Below, piece by piece: positions 36,101 through 40,000 of a DNA stretch of 40,000 nt; position 1 is the stretch's first letter; each line of letters opens with the position of its first letter. The DNA is from Desulfobulbaceae bacterium. GTDB lineage: Bacteria; Desulfobacterota; Desulfobulbia; Desulfobulbales; Desulfobulbaceae. The notes beneath the pieces are model-generated. The model worked only from the letters and a program-made list of their open reading frames with translations, did not search any database and was not told where the DNA came from. The stretch covers positions 890,960 through 930,959 of the forward strand of contig CAXXDG010000002.1 in assembly GCA_963678525.2 (NCBI GenBank), read 5' to 3'. The position numbers were made by a program, and so were the translations under genes.

Positions 36101-36751
36101 TCAATGAACTATATCACCAATACGACCCCAGCGGATGGAACTGAAACGATCAAAGGAAAAGAGATCTTTCTGCACATCCCAGGACCAGTAAATTATGAAC
36201 GCCTTGCCTCGCACTGCATCTAAATCGACAAAGCCCCAGAAACGTCCGTCGTGGGAATTGTCACGATTGTCTCCCATTACAAAAAGTTTATGGGGCGGAA
36301 CAGTCACCGGGCCGAAATTATCCCGTGGCCCAAAGGCTGCTGACAAAATATTGGCATCCCTGTGAACACCGTATGCATCATCAAAAAGAGAACCGTCAAT
36401 ATAGACTTTTTTGTTGCGGATTTCCACTGTCTGCCCCTCTGTTGCTATGACCCGTTTAATATAGTCCAACTTGGGGTTTTCAGGATATTTAAAAACAATA
36501 ATATCGTTTGATTGGGGTTTTTTGACCGGAATTACGACATTGCCTGAAAACGGCATCTTCACGCCATAAATAAATTTATTTACGAGGATATGGTCGCCAA
36601 TTTGCAAGGTCGGCAGCATTGAGCCTGATGGAATTTTAAATGCCTGCACAACAAAGGTGCGTATAAACAGAGCCAGAATCAGAGCAATGATAACGGCTTC
36701 AAAATTTTCACGCAAAGCGGATTTTTTTTGTGGGGATTTGAGAGAAGTCAC
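36101..36751 (-). CDS. lepB: Signal peptidase I
   Basis: N-terminal TM segment, catalytic box IPSGSMLPTL and GDNRDNSHDGRFWG box E. Confidence 0.92.
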   Translation of the reverse strand: MTSLKSPQKKSALRENFEAVIIALILALFIRTFVVQAFKIPSGSMLPTLQIGDHILVNKFIYGVKMPFSGNVVIPVKKPQSNDIIVFKYPENPKLDYIKRVIATEGQTVEIRNKKVYIDGSLFDDAYGVHRDANILSAAFGPRDNFGPVTVPPHKLFVMGDNRDNSHDGRFWGFVDLDAVRGKAFIIYWSWDVQKDLFSFDRFSSIRWGRIGDIVH

Positions 36752-37075
36752 TCGGAGCCTCTAAGAGAGATATTGGATATGAAATTCGAAGGCAAGCTAC
36801 CCCATAGCCAACGAAAATACAAGCAGGATTTCGCCTGTAAACGCTACATGTTATTCATAAAATCATTTCAAGAAGTTAACCAAATACAAGGAGTTAAACA
36901 GTTAAACCAGGCAGCCTCTATCTCCTTGTTTTTAATAAAAGAAAAACTTAAAAAAATACGAGTGCCCCTTGACAAAGACAAGTGTTTATGTGCTTAATAC
37001 TTAAAGACAGGTACACGATTTTTTTTTTATACTGTCAATTCAAGCTTCTGCATCCAATATTTCTAAGAGAACATT

Positions 37076-38131
37076 ATGGCTAAAAAAGATCAGCTCATCA
37101 CTGGTGTAGACATCGGCTCCCACGCCGTGAAGGTTTGCCAGCTCCAGCGATCTGGAAAAGGATACAAACTATCGGCGATAGGCAGCGCACTGCTCCCTGA
37201 AGGCGCAGTGGAAGACGGCGTGCTCCAGGAACCTGAAATTGTCGGCAAAGCCATTGCCGCACTGTTTAAAAACCTCAAGATAAAAAGCAAACGTATCGGC
37301 ATCTCCATTTCCGGTTACTCGGTCATTGTAAAAAAAATCAACCTCGAATACATGACCGATGAGGAATTGGCAAAATATATACTTGCAGAAGCTGAGCAGT
37401 ACATCCCATTTGACATTGAGGATGTCTACCTGGATTATCGTAAACTTCCTACCAGCAGCAAGGAAGCCGATCGCAGCGACGTCATGCTGGTTGCGGCGAA
37501 GAAAGAAGTTGTCGATGATTATATAATGATGCTTGATGAGCTCAAATTGAAAACCGTTCTGGTCGATGTTGACGGTTTTGCGCTGGAAAACATCTGGGAG
37601 ACCTCTACAGGGAACACCGACGGCCGGGAAAACATCGTTCTTGTTGATATCGGCGCCTCCAAGATGAATATCAATATCATCAAAGAAGGGATCAGCGTAC
37701 TGGCCCGAGACATAGTCGTGGGCAGCAATCAACTCACCATGCAACTGGCCAATGCCCTGGGTATTGACGAGGACCAGGCCGAAGAGATCAAGCTGGGAAT
37801 CGCTCCCGCAGGTGAACAGCAGGATCAGGTAGAAGACATTTTCAACCGGACCTGCACCCAATGGATCCTTGAGATTAAAAAAGCCGTGGATCTTTACCAG
37901 GCAAATAACCCCAACAATCCCCTTTCAGCCCTTATCCTGAGCGGAGGAGGATCCAAAGTAGCCGGCCTGATCGATTATATGAGGCAGGAGACCGGACTTA
38001 ACGTGATCTCGTTTAATCCGTTTGCGACCATGAAAGTCGACGAGAAGAAAATAGATCGTCAGTATCTTGAATCAATAGCCCCTGAAATGGCTATTGCAAC
38101 CGGCCTAGCCATAAGACACGCACCTTTTTAA
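37076..38131 (+). CDS. pilM: Type IV pilus assembly ATPase-like protein PilM
   Basis: Actin-like fold signatures (GVDIGSHAVKV, LVDIGASKMN). 351 aa. First gene of the pilMNOPQ order. Confidence 0.9.
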   Translation: MAKKDQLITGVDIGSHAVKVCQLQRSGKGYKLSAIGSALLPEGAVEDGVLQEPEIVGKAIAALFKNLKIKSKRIGISISGYSVIVKKINLEYMTDEELAKYILAEAEQYIPFDIEDVYLDYRKLPTSSKEADRSDVMLVAAKKEVVDDYIMMLDELKLKTVLVDVDGFALENIWETSTGNTDGRENIVLVDIGASKMNINIIKEGISVLARDIVVGSNQLTMQLANALGIDEDQAEEIKLGIAPAGEQQDQVEDIFNRTCTQWILEIKKAVDLYQANNPNNPLSALILSGGGSKVAGLIDYMRQETGLNVISFNPFATMKVDEKKIDRQYLESIAPEMAIATGLAIRHAPF

Positions 38132-38135
38132 AGAT

Positions 38136-38714
38136 ATGATACATATAAATCTTCTTCCTGTCAGAGAAATCCAGAAACGAAGTGCGGCTAAAAAACAACT
38201 TTTCAGTTATGGCGGCCTCTTTGTTCTCGCACTTGTACTGATCGGCGCTGTGCTGTTTTGGCAGAAAAATTCCCTTGCTGAAAAACAGCAAACCCAGCAG
38301 CAGCTGCAAAACAAGCTTGCGCAACACCAAAAAATCCTGGCGGAAATTAAAAAGCTCGAAGCAGACAAAGAAGCCTTGCTGCGCCGGATCGATGTCATCG
38401 ACAAGCTGAAACAGAGCTCATCCCTGACGGTCCACGCCATGGATGAAGTCTCACGTTTCGTACCCTCCAATAGATTATGGCTGGAGTCCCTGAGCCAAAG
38501 CGCGAACAATCTGAAGCTTAAGGGGATGGCTCTGGACAACAGGACCATTGCCAAGTTCATGGACGACCTGAAAACCTCAGCATTCATACAGGATGTGTCC
38601 CTGTCGGGAGCATCACTGAAAGCATTTGCCGGCAAAAACCTCAAGACGTTTGAACTATCCTGCAGCCTGACGACGCCGTCCAACGAGCCTGAAGGCCCGG
38701 AGTCAAACCAGTAA
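38136..38714 (+). CDS. pilN: Type IV pilus assembly protein PilN
   Basis: N-terminal INLLP motif, single TM segment, coiled coil. Located after pilM. Confidence 0.85.
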   Translation: MIHINLLPVREIQKRSAAKKQLFSYGGLFVLALVLIGAVLFWQKNSLAEKQQTQQQLQNKLAQHQKILAEIKKLEADKEALLRRIDVIDKLKQSSSLTVHAMDEVSRFVPSNRLWLESLSQSANNLKLKGMALDNRTIAKFMDDLKTSAFIQDVSLSGASLKAFAGKNLKTFELSCSLTTPSNEPEGPESNQ

Positions 38715-38739
38715 ACAGCATATTTAGAGTCCGGATCTT

Positions 38740-39360
38740 ATGAAAAACAAAAGCAAGTTCGACACATTCATCGATGAGAAATATCTCCCCCTGGATATAA
38801 AGCTCAAGGCAGGCCTGGCAATTCTGCTTCTGGCTCTTCCCGTTATCGGCGGGTACCTGTTGATGTACAAACCGACAGCTGAGAATATTACCCGTGTGGA
38901 AGGGCAGATCAAGCAATCTGAAGAACAATTGAAAAAGGCTGAGCAGACCATTCGTAATCGACATAAATACGAAAAAGAACTGGAAGATACCCAAGCCGTA
39001 TTTGCAGAGAAATCAGTCATTCTGCCTAAAAGTCAAGAAATCCCTGAGCTTCTCAGAAACATCTCCGATCTTGGTAAAACAGCAGGTCTTGATTTTCTCA
39101 GTTTCAAACCCGGGGCTGAGACGCCGCAGGAATTTTATGCGACCATTCCCATAAACATCGAGACCAAAGGGCCTTATCACAATATGGGATTTTTCCTGGA
39201 TCAGGTCAGTAAAATGGAGCGATTAGTCACGGTCGACAATATTACCATGGGCTCTCCGAAGGAAGAAGACAATGAGATGATGCTCAGCTCTAAATGCCAG
39301 CTGTTGACCTACAGGTTCACAGATCAACCGTTGCAGCAGCCCGGACAAAACAAGAAATAA
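38740..39360 (+). CDS. pilO: Type IV pilus assembly protein PilO
   Basis: Single TM segment, coiled coil, ferredoxin-like C-terminus. Call rests on position in the operon. Confidence 0.8.
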   Translation: MKNKSKFDTFIDEKYLPLDIKLKAGLAILLLALPVIGGYLLMYKPTAENITRVEGQIKQSEEQLKKAEQTIRNRHKYEKELEDTQAVFAEKSVILPKSQEIPELLRNISDLGKTAGLDFLSFKPGAETPQEFYATIPINIETKGPYHNMGFFLDQVSKMERLVTVDNITMGSPKEEDNEMMLSSKCQLLTYRFTDQPLQQPGQNKK

Positions 39361-39387
39361 TTCCTTATCTCGCAGGACAAGGGAGCC

Positions 39388-39939
39388 ATGTTACGTAGAC
39401 AACCAACCACATACAAGGGCCGACACAGCATGCATGTGTTAAAAAGAGTATCAGCACTGTATACCATCATTACTGTTTTTGGCGTTGCTGCTGCCGGCAC
39501 GGCCGTTGGAACAGAGGGTGATCCGGCAGTTCCCCTGCCGTCCGGTTCGCAGAGCGGAGACACTGCCGCCTACGAATATCCCATTAATGTACGTTCGGAC
39601 CCGTTTGTCCCCTTTCTTTCACCTGAATCCTCTCAGATCGGGCCTGATCCCAATGAAATCATTGAAGAGGACAAAATACTGACAGGCATGCAGCTTTTTG
39701 AGCCGGGTCAGCTGGATTTGGTGGCCATCCTGGAAACAGGCGATGATCGCATTGCCATGGCTCAGGATGTCTCCGGCAAAGGATATATCCTGAAAACAGG
39801 TATGCTCATCGGCAGGAGGGGAATGATCCAGGAAATCAATGATTTACAGGTAATCATAGAAGAACGAGCTGTTACCCGTGCAGGGAAAGAGATTTTGAGC
39901 ACGGTTACAATGAATTTAAAAAAAGAGGGGGACGATTAA
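39388..39939 (+). CDS. pilP: Type IV pilus assembly protein PilP-like
   Basis: Signal-anchor N-terminus and beta-rich C-terminus. Located between pilO and the putative pilQ start. The start is uncertain (alternative ATG at 39430). Confidence 0.65.
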   Translation: MLRRQPTTYKGRHSMHVLKRVSALYTIITVFGVAAAGTAVGTEGDPAVPLPSGSQSGDTAAYEYPINVRSDPFVPFLSPESSQIGPDPNEIIEEDKILTGMQLFEPGQLDLVAILETGDDRIAMAQDVSGKGYILKTGMLIGRRGMIQEINDLQVIIEERAVTRAGKEILSTVTMNLKKEGDD

Positions 39940-39941
39940 AC

Positions 39942-40000
39942 ATGTTTCACTTGTCTTTCCCGCGCACGCATGTGTTCCGGATACCTATTGCAGGACGAAA
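39942..40000 (+). CDS. pilQ: Start of probable secretin PilQ (truncated by window end)
   Basis: ATG lies 8 nt after GAGGGGGA, immediately following pilP. Only 19 codons are visible, so the call rests on synteny. Confidence 0.4.
   Translation, partial: MFHLSFPRTHVFRIPIAGR

Noticed and set aside
37169-37861. 230-aa minus-strand ORF inside pilM.
   Set aside because: It lies antisense to a clear PilM actin-like ATPase gene in conserved pilMNOP synteny.

Overview
The window is a bacterial chromosome segment of mid-range GC. Gene content (GH57/GlgA glycogen genes, a long GAPDH, pilMNOPQ) suggests a deltaproteobacterial/Desulfobacterota-type anaerobe, but that is only a guess. It falls into three blocks.

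(1) 1-10.3 kb, plus strand: a secreted OMP, a Trm112-like methyltransferase paired with a cytoplasmic molybdopterin oxidoreductase, a GH57-glgA-GH57 glycogen cluster, and a membrane protein.

(2) About 10.34-28.70 kb: an integrated mobile element of about 18.3 kb sits just downstream of an intact tRNA-Leu(GAG). It is bounded by ~95-bp imperfect direct repeats whose only perfect block (31 bp) is the tRNA terminator hairpin. Almost all its genes are on the minus strand:
- a P4-type integrase, an unknown 222-aa gene and an AlpA-like excisionase;
- a Zn-finger/Toprim primase-helicase followed by an iteron plus AT-rich origin;
- a Zn-ribbon protein and a P-loop kinase-like protein;
- a tail assembly chaperone with a candidate -1 frameshift extension, and an orphan tape measure protein;
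- a plus-strand IHF/HU gene;
- a second replication module (three small coupled ORFs plus a prim-pol/RecA-like ATPase) bracketed by GGAAAC iteron clusters;
- an AT-rich cargo block at the att-distal end.

The cargo block is the best candidate for the system of interest. It holds a lambda RexA/RexB-like pair that appears to be inserted into a decayed metallophosphoesterase gene, next to a 444-aa protein with a C-terminal HEPN RNxxxH motif (ApeA-like).

(3) 28.7-40 kb, housekeeping genes: secG-tpiA-pgk-rimI-gap (minus), sfsA, pyrC-pyrB-lepB (minus) and pilMNOP plus the first codons of pilQ.

All family assignments come from motif and sequence recognition by eye. No database search was possible.
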